Of a DNA stretch of 64,000 nucleotides, positions 39,542-49,197 are shown piece after piece. How positions within the stretch are numbered: the stretch's first letter is position 1; each line of letters opens with the position of its first letter. Origin of the DNA: Candidatus Omnitrophota bacterium (GTDB lineage Bacteria; Omnitrophota; Gorgyraeia; Tantalellales; Tantalellaceae); NCBI GenBank assembly GCA_028715965.1, contig JAQUQS010000004.1, forward strand, positions 61,963 through 125,962, given 5' to 3'. The notes below the pieces were generated by a model. The model saw only the letters and a list, made by a program, of their open reading frames with translations. It was not told where the DNA came from and made no database searches. Made by a program: the position numbers and the translations under genes.

Positions 39542-41119
39542 TTGTCGGCACATAACCCGTACATCCTTAATATACTCACGCCTGAAGTGATAGACAGGAC
39601 ATCACTTCTTGTGATAGGATTCGACGTGGATGGAAGGTTGCTGTACTGGAACGAAAGAGCCAGGGAAGTGACCGGTCATTCCAAGGCCGATATCCTGAAG
39701 GCGGGTATGCCATTGTTGTTCCGCTGCCTGATACCTTCGGGGAGCTTGAAGAGTATCAAGCCCACTGCCGAATCCCAGAGCATCCAACTTAAAGAAAAAG
39801 AGATCTCTATTCGCAATAGGTCGGGGGAGATACGTCATCTGCGCCTGGATCTTTATCTTGTTCGCTCCACGAGGGCTAAAGGGCGTGTGGCTGTGATACT
39901 AACTGCCGTTGATATTACCTATGCTTATCTTTTACAGAACAGCCTGAGGTCCAAGAACCACTATATACAGACCACTACGAACCGTCTTAAACGTTATCTT
40001 TCCCTGGACCCGCATACCGGGCTTTTGAATTACAGACATTTTATACATAAGTTGAGCCATTTGTTCTATGTGGGGTTCGAGAACAACGAACCGCTTTCGT
40101 TGCTGATGATAAACATAGACTACTTCAGTTCCATAAACAGTACATATGGGGTCGCGCGAGGGAACCAGATACTCAAAAAAATAGCCGAGCTTATAAAGGC
40201 GAACGTCCCGGCCGGGTTTTCCGTAGGGCGTTTTGGAGGCACGGAATTCGGAGTTCTTATGCCGGCAACCGACATAAAGAGCGCGTTCGCCATAGCGGGC
40301 AAGCTTTTCACCAAGATGACGGACCTTAATTTCAGCGACAAAAAACATGATGTTACGTTGAACTTGTCCTTGAACATGGCTATCGGGGGGCATCCTCACT
40401 GTGCTGGTGCCGGAAGCCCGGAACAGTTGTTGGGGATCGTTATGGATAAGCTCAATGACGCTAAACGGACCGGAGCTAACTCAATATTGATATGCTCACC
40501 GAACCGGGCGGTGGAACATAAAACGGATGCGATGGAGGAGTTCCAGTCCGACAATGGCGATTATAAGTATACGTTGGAATTCGTCCATGCCCTGGCGAAT
40601 ACCGTAAAGACCAAGGATCTGTATACACAGGAACATTCCATGTCCATGTCCGGCTATGCGGCATCTATCGCGGATTTCATGGGGTTGAACCAGGCAGAAA
40701 TACAGAGGATACGTTTTGGTTCGATACTTCACGATATCGGCAAGATAGGCATAGATCGCATGATATTGCTCAAACCCACAGCGCTTACCCGGGGGGAATT
40801 CGAGACGATAAAACAGCACCCCAGGATTGGCGCGGAAATAATCAGGAACGTCCGTCCGTTAAAGAACGTCGTACCCTATGTTCTGTATCATCATGAGAGG
40901 TATAATGGCAGCGGTTACCTGGAAGGATTGAGGGGCGATGAAATACCTCTTGGTGCCAGGATAATAAGCCTTGCGGATGTGTTCCAGGCTTTAATATCAA
41001 ACCGTCCGTATAGGAAGCCATTGCCGGAAGAAGAGGCGATAGGGCTTATTAAGACGTATTCCGGAAAATATTTCGATCCTAAGGTCGTGAAAGCCTTTCT
41101 TGAGGTCCACCGCGCCTGA
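39542..41119 (+). CDS. PAS - degenerate GGDEF (GGTEF) - HD-GYP c-di-GMP phosphodiesterase-type signalling protein
   Basis: TTG start. N-terminal PAS-like segment (..LLVIGFDVDGRLLYWNERAREVTGH..). GGDEF fold with A-site RFGGTEFGVL (Thr replaces D/E). C-terminal HD-GYP (..HDIGKIG..YHHERYNGSGYLEGL..). Confidence 0.75.
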   Translation: MSAHNPYILNILTPEVIDRTSLLVIGFDVDGRLLYWNERAREVTGHSKADILKAGMPLLFRCLIPSGSLKSIKPTAESQSIQLKEKEISIRNRSGEIRHLRLDLYLVRSTRAKGRVAVILTAVDITYAYLLQNSLRSKNHYIQTTTNRLKRYLSLDPHTGLLNYRHFIHKLSHLFYVGFENNEPLSLLMINIDYFSSINSTYGVARGNQILKKIAELIKANVPAGFSVGRFGGTEFGVLMPATDIKSAFAIAGKLFTKMTDLNFSDKKHDVTLNLSLNMAIGGHPHCAGAGSPEQLLGIVMDKLNDAKRTGANSILICSPNRAVEHKTDAMEEFQSDNGDYKYTLEFVHALANTVKTKDLYTQEHSMSMSGYAASIADFMGLNQAEIQRIRFGSILHDIGKIGIDRMILLKPTALTRGEFETIKQHPRIGAEIIRNVRPLKNVVPYVLYHHERYNGSGYLEGLRGDEIPLGARIISLADVFQALISNRPYRKPLPEEEAIGLIKTYSGKYFDPKVVKAFLEVHRA

Positions 41120-41188
41120 AAAAACTTGACCCCCGGCTATCGAACACATAGAATAAACCCTTCTGGAAAATAAAGAAAGGCAGAAAAT

Positions 41189-42469
41189 ATGTCAAAAAAC
41201 ACCATAACGATGACAGACAAGGATGTGCTGGAATATCACAAGGGCGGTAAGGTGGCGCTGGCGATCACAAAGCCGCTAGCCGGCCAGCGTGATCTCAGCA
41301 TGGCTTATACCCCGGGAGTGTCTATTGCCTGCAAGGCCATAGAAGCAACTCCGGCTTTGGCTTATGACCTTACTGCCAAGAACAATACGGTGGCGGTCGT
41401 AACGGACGGTACCGCGGTGCTTGGGCTGGGGAATATCGGGCCTGTTCCTTCTATCCCGGTAATGGAAGGAAAAGCCGTACTTTTTAAATCGTTCGCTGAC
41501 GTCGACGCGTGGCCTGTGCCGGTGACCGGTGTGGCCGGGCAGGATGGGAAGACCGATGTAACCCGCTTTGTCGAGATAGTAAAGAGCATAGCGTGCATGT
41601 ATGGGGGGATAAACCTTGAAGATATAGCCGCGCCACAATGTTTCGAGATAGAAAGGGAGCTTGAAGAGGCGCTTGACATACCGGTATTCCACGATGACCA
41701 GTGGGGGACCGCCATAATAACGCTTGCCGCCCTAAAGAACTATTGCATACTTACGGGTAAGGATGTATCGGACCTAAGGGTGGTAATAAACGGCGCCGGT
41801 GCGGCGGGGCTTCGTATCGCCGACATGATAAAGACTGACGGGGTTAAGCACTGCCTGATCTGTGACCGCAAGGGGGTATTGACGTCATCCAGGGATGATA
41901 TAAACAAACATAAGAAGGTACACGCGGTTGATACCGGTAAGACCTCTCTTGAGGATGCCATGAAGGGCGCGGATGTGTTCATTGGCGTGTCCGCGGCCGA
42001 TTGTGTTACCGGCGGGATGGTGAGTTCAATGTCGGAATATCCCGCGATATTCGCCATGGCCAATCCCGTTCCGGAAATACTTCCCGAAAAGGTAAAAGAA
42101 AGCATGAAGGGCAGGGAGTATATAATGGCGACAGGAAGATCGGATTATCCCAACCAGGTCAACAATGTGTTGGGGTTCCCGTTCATTTTCCGTGGCGCTC
42201 TTGATGTCCGGGCCAGTCGCATAACTATGAACATGAAGATCGCCGCCGCTGAAGCGCTTGCGGCATTGGCGCGCGAAAAAGACATTCCCCAGGCTGTCAA
42301 AAAGGCCTATGGAAGGGAATTTACTTTTGGACCGGATTATTTGATACCAACCCCGTTCGATCCGCGTATAATGGCGTGGGAATCCAGGGCAGTCGCGGAA
42401 GCCGCTATAAATGATGGAGTTGCGCGAATAAAAAAGGCCCCCGAATACGCGCTGTGCTCCGTCAGTTAA
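41189..42469 (+). CDS. NAD(P)-dependent malic enzyme, short form (no PTA domain)
   Basis: ..LSMAYTPGVSIACKAIEATP.. and ..VINGAGAAGLRIADMI.. (Rossmann) match the 400-430-aa bacterial malic enzyme family. Confidence 0.85.
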   Translation: MSKNTITMTDKDVLEYHKGGKVALAITKPLAGQRDLSMAYTPGVSIACKAIEATPALAYDLTAKNNTVAVVTDGTAVLGLGNIGPVPSIPVMEGKAVLFKSFADVDAWPVPVTGVAGQDGKTDVTRFVEIVKSIACMYGGINLEDIAAPQCFEIERELEEALDIPVFHDDQWGTAIITLAALKNYCILTGKDVSDLRVVINGAGAAGLRIADMIKTDGVKHCLICDRKGVLTSSRDDINKHKKVHAVDTGKTSLEDAMKGADVFIGVSAADCVTGGMVSSMSEYPAIFAMANPVPEILPEKVKESMKGREYIMATGRSDYPNQVNNVLGFPFIFRGALDVRASRITMNMKIAAAEALAALAREKDIPQAVKKAYGREFTFGPDYLIPTPFDPRIMAWESRAVAEAAINDGVARIKKAPEYALCSVS

Positions 42470-42560
42470 AGGGACGTAAAAACTTCAAGGTGACTAAATA
42501 CGTCTCCTTTGACTTGCTCTCAAAGATAGGCTATACTATTAGTAATAAGAAGGGTGTAGC

Positions 42561-43568
42561 ATGAATCCGCATACGATCACAGACATAAAGGTCCTTGTTG
42601 TCGAGGATGACCCCACGAGTGCTAAACTTTTGCAGAGTATGCTGAGTAAATCCGTCCTTGGAATAGCCGAGATAGTAGTAACTACCACTTTGAAGGAATC
42701 CATAGAATATATCTCACGTAATATCGACACGGATATCGTCCTTTTGGACCTTAACCTGCCGGACAGTACGGGACTCGATTCAGTAAGTGACCTTAATGAC
42801 GAACACCCCGATGTGGCGATCGTTGTCATCACGGGTGCTTATGCCGAGTCCCTGGGGCTTGACGCTATTTCGAACGGGGCACAGGATTACCTGATCAAGG
42901 GTAAATATGATATGGGCATGCTCAACAAATCCATTCTTTACGCGATCGAGCGTAAGAAGGGCGAGAACGAACGCAAAAAAAGTCTGGAAGAACTGCAGCG
43001 CGTGATGGAAGGGACCATATTGGCAATGGCCACTACCGTGGAAATGAGGGACCCATATACCGCCGGCCATGAGCAGAGGGTAAGCCAGTTGGCCACGGCG
43101 ATAGCGGGAGATCTCGGGTTGTCGGAGAAACAGGTGAACGGCATAAAAATGGCGGCTATCATACATGATATAGGCAAGATACATATACCGGCTGAGATAC
43201 TGAGTAAACCGGGAAAAATAAGCAAGATAGAGTTCGACCTGATAAAGACACATGCTCAGGTCGGGTATGATATCCTCAAGAACATCGATTTCCCTTGGCC
43301 GATCGCGCAGATAGTACTGCAGCATCACGAGAGGATAGACGGATCGGGATATCCCAATGGGTTGAAAGGGGATGATATACTCCTGGAGTCGCGGATAATG
43401 GCGGTCGCCGATGTGGTCGAAGCCATGGCGTCCCATCGTCCTTACCGACCGGCCTGTGGTCTGGATAAGGCTCTTGAAGAGATATCTAATTCCAGGGGTA
43501 TTCTTTACGACCCGAACGCGGTAGACGCGTGCATACGTCTTTTCAGGGAGAGGGGATTTTCCTTCTGA
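42561..43568 (+). CDS. response regulator with HD-GYP output domain (RpfG-like c-di-GMP phosphodiesterase)
   Basis: REC domain (..VLVVEDDP..VLLDLNLPDSTG..) followed by HD-GYP (..IHDIGKIHIP..QHHERIDGSGYPNGL..). Confidence 0.85.
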   Translation: MNPHTITDIKVLVVEDDPTSAKLLQSMLSKSVLGIAEIVVTTTLKESIEYISRNIDTDIVLLDLNLPDSTGLDSVSDLNDEHPDVAIVVITGAYAESLGLDAISNGAQDYLIKGKYDMGMLNKSILYAIERKKGENERKKSLEELQRVMEGTILAMATTVEMRDPYTAGHEQRVSQLATAIAGDLGLSEKQVNGIKMAAIIHDIGKIHIPAEILSKPGKISKIEFDLIKTHAQVGYDILKNIDFPWPIAQIVLQHHERIDGSGYPNGLKGDDILLESRIMAVADVVEAMASHRPYRPACGLDKALEEISNSRGILYDPNAVDACIRLFRERGFSF

Positions 43569-43590
43569 ACACGATGATACTAGGGAATTA

Positions 43591-43625
43591 AAAAACCCGG
43601 CAAGAACGATCTGCCGGGTTTTTAA
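43591..43625. terminator. bidirectional rho-independent terminator (AAAAA-CCCGGCA-loop-TGCCGGG-TTTTT)
   Basis: 7-bp GC stem flanked by an A-run and a T-run, sitting between the convergent REC-HD-GYP and cold-shock genes. Confidence 0.6.
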
Positions 43626-43636
43626 TGTCTGCAAGT

Positions 43637-43840
43637 TCAGGCCTTGACCACGTCTGTCGCTTCTTTGCCTTTCTGGCCGTCCTTGATCCCGAATTCCACC
43701 TTATCGCCTTCGTGGAGGGTCCTGAACCCCTCTGATATGATCGAGCTGTAATGCACAAAAATATCCTTGTCTGAGTTTTCGGGGGAGATGAACCCGTACC
43801 CTTTGGCCGCGTTGAACCATTTCACTACGCCTTTTGCCAT
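43637..43840 (-). CDS. cold-shock protein, CspA family (67 aa)
   Basis: [34 protein letters not shown].. carries the RNP1/RNP2 motifs of the CSD. Start set at the internal Met that gives the canonical 67-aa length. A long structured leader lies upstream (43841-44024). Confidence 0.9.
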   Translation of the reverse strand: MAKGVVKWFNAAKGYGFISPENSDKDIFVHYSSIISEGFRTLHEGDKVEFGIKDGQKGKEATDVVKA

Positions 43841-44024
43841 TCTATTCCTCCTTTCGAGAGATCCGTTATCCCCGGGCAAAAAAAGGCAAGGCTAACAAGT
43901 AGCCTTGCCTTGGATAATTTTACAGTTTTGATCGGAAATGAGTATACACCTTCGTAACTCTCTTTATGCTGGTATTTTACCTTTAACCGGCATATTTGCA
44001 AGGATTATTCCCGTGTAAGGGCCG

Positions 44025-45692
44025 TCAGGCCGGCAGGGCTTTTAGAAGCATCTCATGAGCGTGTTTTTTCGCGATATCGGATTCTTTTTCCCCACTCATC
44101 ATTTTAGCGAGTTCGGATATGCGCTCGTCCCCGGATATGCGGGTTACCGTAGTAATGGTCCGGCCGTTCTTCACGGATTTCGAAACTCGGAAATGGATGT
44201 TACCGAACGCCGCGATCTGTGGAAGGTGTGTGATGACGATAGCCTGCCTGCCGCAAGCCAGTTCTTTCAACTTTGTCCCGGTTATGGTACCTAAGCGTCC
44301 GCCTATCTGAGCGTCGATCTCGTCGAATATAAGTACCGGTACCGGATCTACCTTCTGGAGCGCTTTCTTCAGGGCGAGCATGACCCTTGCGGCTTCCCCG
44401 GAGGATACTATCTGTGCCAGGGGTTTCATTTCCTCGCCCAGGTTAGGGCTGATAAAAAAAGTGACTTTGTCGTGCCCGGTCGCGTTAAGGCCCGTTATCT
44501 CGATCCTGCACTCGAAGCGGACGTTCTTGATGCCGAGTTCTATTAGTTCTTTTTCGATGTCGGCTTTTAATGCCTTTGCGCCTATCTTTCGTTTATCATG
44601 TATCTTTTCGGCTTTTTCCCGCAGTAAAGACTCGGCTTTTTTTATGCGTGAATCCAGACTGGAGGTGTTGTGCTCAATATCAACAAGTGAATTAAAGCGT
44701 TCGCGGCATTTTTTAAGGTGTTCCGCGGCGTCCTCAATGGAAGGGCCGTATTTGCGAAGGATATCGGTATATATGTCGCTTCTAGCGTTCACTTCTTCGG
44801 TCTCAGCCCGACTGAAGGATATGTTCTCTACGTAATCCTGCAAGTCCCGTATCATGCTTGAAAGGTCGGATTGTACCCGCTCAAGCGTTTCCAGCATTGG
44901 GGAGACCGACGGGTCCGCTTCCTTCAATGTCCTGAGGTGGGTAAAGGCCCCGGATATCTTGATCTCCGCTCCATGGTCCTCGTCAGACAATGAGTTCAGC
45001 ACTGTTCCGGCGGCATCGATTATTTTTTCAGCGTTATTGGCCCGGGCACTGTCGGTTTTGACCGATCCCAGGGCATCCGCGGACAATGGGACCTGTTCGA
45101 GTTCCTTTATCTGATAGCCAAGGGATTCCATGTCCCTGTCCCGGGAGGACGCCAGTTCCTTAAGCTCCTCCATCTGGCTGCATAGTTGCTTATAAAGGGC
45201 GAAATCTGACGCGTATTGTTCTATCAGATCGGCAGTATTGGCCATATGGTCGATGAACTGTACATGCGTGTTTTCGGAAAAGAGAGATTGATGATCGTGG
45301 GGGCCGTGCATGTCGACCAGGAGGTCTCCCAATTCCTTTATGAGTCCGGTCGTGACAAGGCGGGCATTGATGCGGTTCCTGTTGTTTCCGTCGCTGGAGT
45401 ATGTGCGGGAGATTATCAGGTCCCCATCATCTTCCGAGAGTAGTTCCTGCGCGTCGGGAACCTTTTCCAGGAGGGAAGGAGGGATCTTGAAAAGAGCCTC
45501 GACTATGCAGGGCTTGTTCTTGTCCCTCAAGTGGGTTGTGTTGAACCGAGCCCCTAACGCGAACCTGAGTGCGTCTATGAGTATGGATTTGCCCGCACCG
45601 GTCTCTCCGGTGAAGACGATGAGCCCTTCATCGAATTCGATCGAGATATCATCGATAAGGCCGAAGTTTTTGATGTTGAGGCATTTGAGCAT
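44025..45692 (-). CDS. recN: DNA repair protein RecN
   Basis: N-terminal Walker A (..FTGETGAGKSILIDAL..), a long coiled-coil middle, and a C-terminal signature/Walker B region (..VLIFDEIDAQIGG..); 555 aa. Confidence 0.9.
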   Translation of the reverse strand: MLKCLNIKNFGLIDDISIEFDEGLIVFTGETGAGKSILIDALRFALGARFNTTHLRDKNKPCIVEALFKIPPSLLEKVPDAQELLSEDDGDLIISRTYSSDGNNRNRINARLVTTGLIKELGDLLVDMHGPHDHQSLFSENTHVQFIDHMANTADLIEQYASDFALYKQLCSQMEELKELASSRDRDMESLGYQIKELEQVPLSADALGSVKTDSARANNAEKIIDAAGTVLNSLSDEDHGAEIKISGAFTHLRTLKEADPSVSPMLETLERVQSDLSSMIRDLQDYVENISFSRAETEEVNARSDIYTDILRKYGPSIEDAAEHLKKCRERFNSLVDIEHNTSSLDSRIKKAESLLREKAEKIHDKRKIGAKALKADIEKELIELGIKNVRFECRIEITGLNATGHDKVTFFISPNLGEEMKPLAQIVSSGEAARVMLALKKALQKVDPVPVLIFDEIDAQIGGRLGTITGTKLKELACGRQAIVITHLPQIAAFGNIHFRVSKSVKNGRTITTVTRISGDERISELAKMMSGEKESDIAKKHAHEMLLKALPA

Positions 45693-45796
45693 AATTGTTG
45701 TCTTACAGCAAAGTTTACAATATATAATAATACCAAATAATTATTAGTTTTAAAAGCTGGAAAATCGCCGAAACTTCAGGTATATTTTATTAGCAG

Positions 45797-46219
45797 ATGA
45801 ATATAAGCCGCGAAAAGATAAGCCCATTGGCATTAATAATAGCGATACTTCTCGCGTCAGCGTTAAGTGTATGCGCGGCAATATGTTGCGTGGCCGGCGA
45901 CGAGGCGCTATTCCAGGTCAATGCCTGGCAGGATGTTCATGCCGGAGAAAGGGTGTCCCTCCAACAGAACGATATCGAGGATTTCTCATATTTTCGTTTC
46001 AGCCGATCCGGCGGCGAGGGGGTCAATGCGATGGAAATATCCCTTGATGGCGGAGACGTCTGGAACGATATGGAAAGGGACGGCTCGGATTTTTTCTATG
46101 ACTGGTATCCTGAGCCTTCGCAGACCATCGTAGTGTCGTTCCGGGAAGGCCCGGATGAAGGTGATATGAGAGGAGTGGAGGGAAAGGCTACGGTCGTTTA
46201 CGGTGAGGTGTCGTCCTGA
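45797..46219 (+). CDS. hypothetical secreted protein
   Basis: N-terminal signal-like hydrophobic segment. No recognisable domain. 1-nt stop/start overlap (TGATG) with the next gene. Confidence 0.3.
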   Translation: MNISREKISPLALIIAILLASALSVCAAICCVAGDEALFQVNAWQDVHAGERVSLQQNDIEDFSYFRFSRSGGEGVNAMEISLDGGDVWNDMERDGSDFFYDWYPEPSQTIVVSFREGPDEGDMRGVEGKATVVYGEVSS

Positions 46220-46656
46220 TGAAACTTTGTCCTTTTTGCAAGGAGAGCGTACAGGATGAGGCTGTTTATTGTAAGCACTGCCACAGGAATATCTCTTTTG
46301 TGTTCGTCGGCCGGCTGGCCAGGGTAGTTATTGTCCTGATAGTGATCGTCGCCGGAGTCTTCGCGTACAATAGGCTGAACCGGAACCTCCCACTTATTAA
46401 ACAGGTGGTGGGGGAGGTACGGTATCTTATCGGTTATCTGTCCGATATGAAGGACAAAGCCATTGAGGGTGAGGACCCATTGGATGTGATGAGCGTATCG
46501 TCGCTTCCAAAGGTATCCGGAAGTCCTTCCGTTAGTGATCCCAATTCAGGGATCGCTCTGGACGATAGTACAGAGCTAAGGGAAATGATACGGCAACTGT
46601 TGAAATATATGGACCAGTTCATGAAAAAGTTCAAATCGGGGAAAATGACCAGATAA
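46219..46656 (+). CDS. hypothetical zinc-ribbon membrane protein
   Basis: N-terminal CPFC..CKHC zinc-ribbon followed by one TM helix. Confidence 0.35.
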   Translation: MKLCPFCKESVQDEAVYCKHCHRNISFVFVGRLARVVIVLIVIVAGVFAYNRLNRNLPLIKQVVGEVRYLIGYLSDMKDKAIEGEDPLDVMSVSSLPKVSGSPSVSDPNSGIALDDSTELREMIRQLLKYMDQFMKKFKSGKMTR

Positions 46657-46658
46657 GC

Positions 46659-47201
46659 GTGGTTTTGGAGGGTTGTATGGGAGAACAGAGGATCTGTACG
46701 GTCAAGGGGGCCCCGGTCACTTTGGCCGGGCAGGAACTGAAGACGGGAGAGCGTGCTCCATCGTTCAGGGTTGTTTCAAATGACCTGACATCAAGTGTTA
46801 TCGAGTTCAGTGGAGGTATAACGGTCATAGCTTCAGTGCCATCCCTGGATACCCCGGTCTGTGATCTTGAAATAAAACGTTTCCATAAAGAGGCCCTGGC
46901 CCTATCGGATAGCGTCAGGGTCATCTTTATAAGCATGGACCTTCCTTTCGCTCAAAAACGATTCTGTGATGATTTCCAGATAAAAAGGGTAAGCACTTAT
47001 TCGGATCACCGGGACGCGGATTTCGGGGTAAAATACGGAGTCCTGATAAATGAGCTGAGATTGCTTTCAAGGGCCGTATTCGTAGTAGATGACGCCGGAT
47101 CGATCGGATACGTGGAATATGTGCCCGAGCTTACGTCTCACCCGGATTATGACAGCGCTATATCCGCTGTCAAAAGCGCGCTGGAAGAAGGACGTAGATG
47201 A
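46659..47201 (+). CDS. tpx: thiol peroxidase (atypical 2-Cys peroxiredoxin)
   Basis: Aligns along its full length with E. coli Tpx (..PSLDTPVCD..DLPFAQKRFC..EPDYD..). The true start may be the Met at 46677. Confidence 0.8.
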   Translation: MVLEGCMGEQRICTVKGAPVTLAGQELKTGERAPSFRVVSNDLTSSVIEFSGGITVIASVPSLDTPVCDLEIKRFHKEALALSDSVRVIFISMDLPFAQKRFCDDFQIKRVSTYSDHRDADFGVKYGVLINELRLLSRAVFVVDDAGSIGYVEYVPELTSHPDYDSAISAVKSALEEGRR

Positions 47202-47214
47202 TCCCATCCAGCGC

Positions 47215-47781
47215 ATGGGAGGGGAAAAGATGAGGGATGGACTTATGAACGCGGCTGCAGTACTGGTAATATCGTTATCGTGCGCGATCATGGGGCATGC
47301 CTCTGAGGCCGGTCCGGAAGGGGACATCACGGGCTGTCCTGTATCGGCTGAGACGAGAACTGCCTCGTTCAATACGCGCTCAAGCGGCATGCCCATCCCG
47401 CTGCAATACCAGCGCTTGATCGATGTGCTTACCAGTAAACGTGAGGACCTGGCCCTTACCAAGGAACAGGAGAACACCATAACCGCGGTCTTGGAGGGGT
47501 CCAGAAAGAGATCGAACGACCTGGACAAGGAAATAAACGAAACCAGCATGGAGATCGACACGATCTTGTTGTCCGGCGAGTATGAGCCTGACGTGGTGAA
47601 CATGATGGTGGAAAAGAAATTCGACCTGATAAAGGAAAAATCACAGTACCTGATCATGGAACAGGATAAGATATATCGAGTCCTCAATGATGAACAGAGG
47701 AGCGTTCTGGTCGGGGAGATCAAGGCGGTAGACAAGCGTACCCGCAGAGGTTTCCGGCCGGTGAATTTTGGGGAGCAATGA
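47215..47781 (+). CDS. Spy/CpxP-family periplasmic protein (LTxxQ motif)
   Basis: Signal peptide, LTKEQ motif and a helical, charged body. Start placed after the tpx stop; the ORF-track start at 47089 overlaps tpx. Confidence 0.45.
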   Translation: MGGEKMRDGLMNAAAVLVISLSCAIMGHASEAGPEGDITGCPVSAETRTASFNTRSSGMPIPLQYQRLIDVLTSKREDLALTKEQENTITAVLEGSRKRSNDLDKEINETSMEIDTILLSGEYEPDVVNMMVEKKFDLIKEKSQYLIMEQDKIYRVLNDEQRSVLVGEIKAVDKRTRRGFRPVNFGEQ

Positions 47782-48593
47782 TGACGCCTCCTGGAGGGGG
47801 TTTTAAAGGTACAGGGACGGGCATGGAGGTTACAGACAAGAGCGTATTCCCGAAAATAGCGCGGATGCTTAAGGGCTGCACGGGGCTTTTTTGCGTCACA
47901 GGGGCTGGTGTATCCGCTGACTCCGGTCTGCCTACGTACCGTGGGGAGGGTGGGTTGTATTCCGATAAAATGACCGAAGAGGGAATACCTATTGAAGTGG
48001 CGCTGGCGGGGGACATGCTCAAAGAGAACCCGGCGATCACATGGAAATACCTTAGCCAGATCGAAGCTCGGAGCAGGAAAGCCTCTTTCAACGAGGCGCA
48101 TCGTGTTCTCGCGGAAATGGAGAAATTTTTCGAAGTATGCATCTTGACGCAGAACATAGACGGGTTCCACACAGACGCGGGGTCCGGGAACGTTATTGAG
48201 ATACATGGGAATATCCACGATATTTTCTGTACCGAATGCGGCTGGAAGGACACGGTCAAGGACTTCAGTTCCTTAGTGATACCACCATTGTGCCCGAAAT
48301 GTGCCGGGATCGTCCGTCCGGCAGTGGTCTTTTTCGGGGAGACATTGCCATACAGGGCCCTGCAAAAGTTGTATTACGAGACGGACCGGCCATATGATGT
48401 TTTTATGTCCATAGGCACGACCAGTGTTTTCCCGTATATCAAGGAACCCATTATCAGGGCCAGGAACATGAAAAAAGCGACTATTGAGATAAATCCGGAC
48501 TGTACGGATGTGTCTGACATCGTGGATATCAGGGTGTCCATGGGCGCGTCGGAGGCCCTGACCGGTATATGGAGGGCTTTCAATGAGCTATGA
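47778..48593 (+). CDS. cobB: Sir2-family NAD-dependent protein deacylase (sirtuin)
   Basis: ..FCVTGAGVSADSGLPTYRG.. NAD-binding motif, catalytic ..GNIH.. and a Zn-ribbon (CTECG..CPKCAG). The start may be the Met at 47823. Confidence 0.8.
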   Translation: MMTPPGGGFKGTGTGMEVTDKSVFPKIARMLKGCTGLFCVTGAGVSADSGLPTYRGEGGLYSDKMTEEGIPIEVALAGDMLKENPAITWKYLSQIEARSRKASFNEAHRVLAEMEKFFEVCILTQNIDGFHTDAGSGNVIEIHGNIHDIFCTECGWKDTVKDFSSLVIPPLCPKCAGIVRPAVVFFGETLPYRALQKLYYETDRPYDVFMSIGTTSVFPYIKEPIIRARNMKKATIEINPDCTDVSDIVDIRVSMGASEALTGIWRAFNEL

Positions 48594-49182
48594 TATCCGT
48601 GGAACAGGGGTTTCCCGCGCCGTGTTCAGTGTGATCGTCCTGTTTGCCATGGCATTCGTTTCCGGTGGTTGCGCGGATATTTCTAAGGATCCCAAGGCAG
48701 TGTTGTCGAGCTATCTTGACTCCTGGCTCCATGGCAGGTATCATGAAGCGTATGAGTACTTGTCGGAACGCGACAAAAAAACAAAAAAGCTGGAAGAGAT
48801 ATCGCCTGATGTGGACATGGATAAGATGAGCGCGTTCAAGAAGGTACTGTACCGGAAGATATCCTTTGAGATCGATAGAATGACAGTGGAAGGGGACAAG
48901 GCGACGGCCGAAGTCACCATAACCACGCCTGATTTCGGTACGATGTTCCAGGATGTGTTCACGGCGGCTTTCGGAGCGCTGGACCAGGAGGTCATGCAGA
49001 GCTCACAGATAGATGACATGTTGGCTTTACGATACAGCTCGGGCAATGTGCCGACGATGACGACCCGGAAGGATTTTGAGCTTGTGAACGAGGAAGGTAA
49101 GTGGAAGGTGTATCTCGGGCTGGAACCCGACAGATGGGATATCGAGAAAATAAACGAGTTCTTCGGTGATATTAAAAAGTGA
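48583..49182 (+). CDS. hypothetical lipoprotein
   Basis: Signal peptide with ..FVSGGC lipobox. No recognisable domain. Confidence 0.35.
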   Translation: MSYDIRGTGVSRAVFSVIVLFAMAFVSGGCADISKDPKAVLSSYLDSWLHGRYHEAYEYLSERDKKTKKLEEISPDVDMDKMSAFKKVLYRKISFEIDRMTVEGDKATAEVTITTPDFGTMFQDVFTAAFGALDQEVMQSSQIDDMLALRYSSGNVPTMTTRKDFELVNEEGKWKVYLGLEPDRWDIEKINEFFGDIKK

Positions 49183-49197
49183 GTCACGCGGAGTAAA

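Noticed and set aside
45693-45796. A LexA/SOS box upstream of recN.
   Set aside because: It has only loose TGTAA direct repeats. Neither a clear CTGT-N8-ACAG nor a CGAAC..GTTCG palindrome is present.
47778-48593. The SIR2-domain protein as a defence (Thoeris/DSR-like) effector.
   Set aside because: It has the classical sirtuin deacylase motifs (GAGVSADSGLPTYRG, Zn-ribbon CxxC..CxxC), is housekeeping-sized at 271 aa, and has no partner defence genes (no TIR, HerA or pAgo). Neighbours are stress and peroxide genes.
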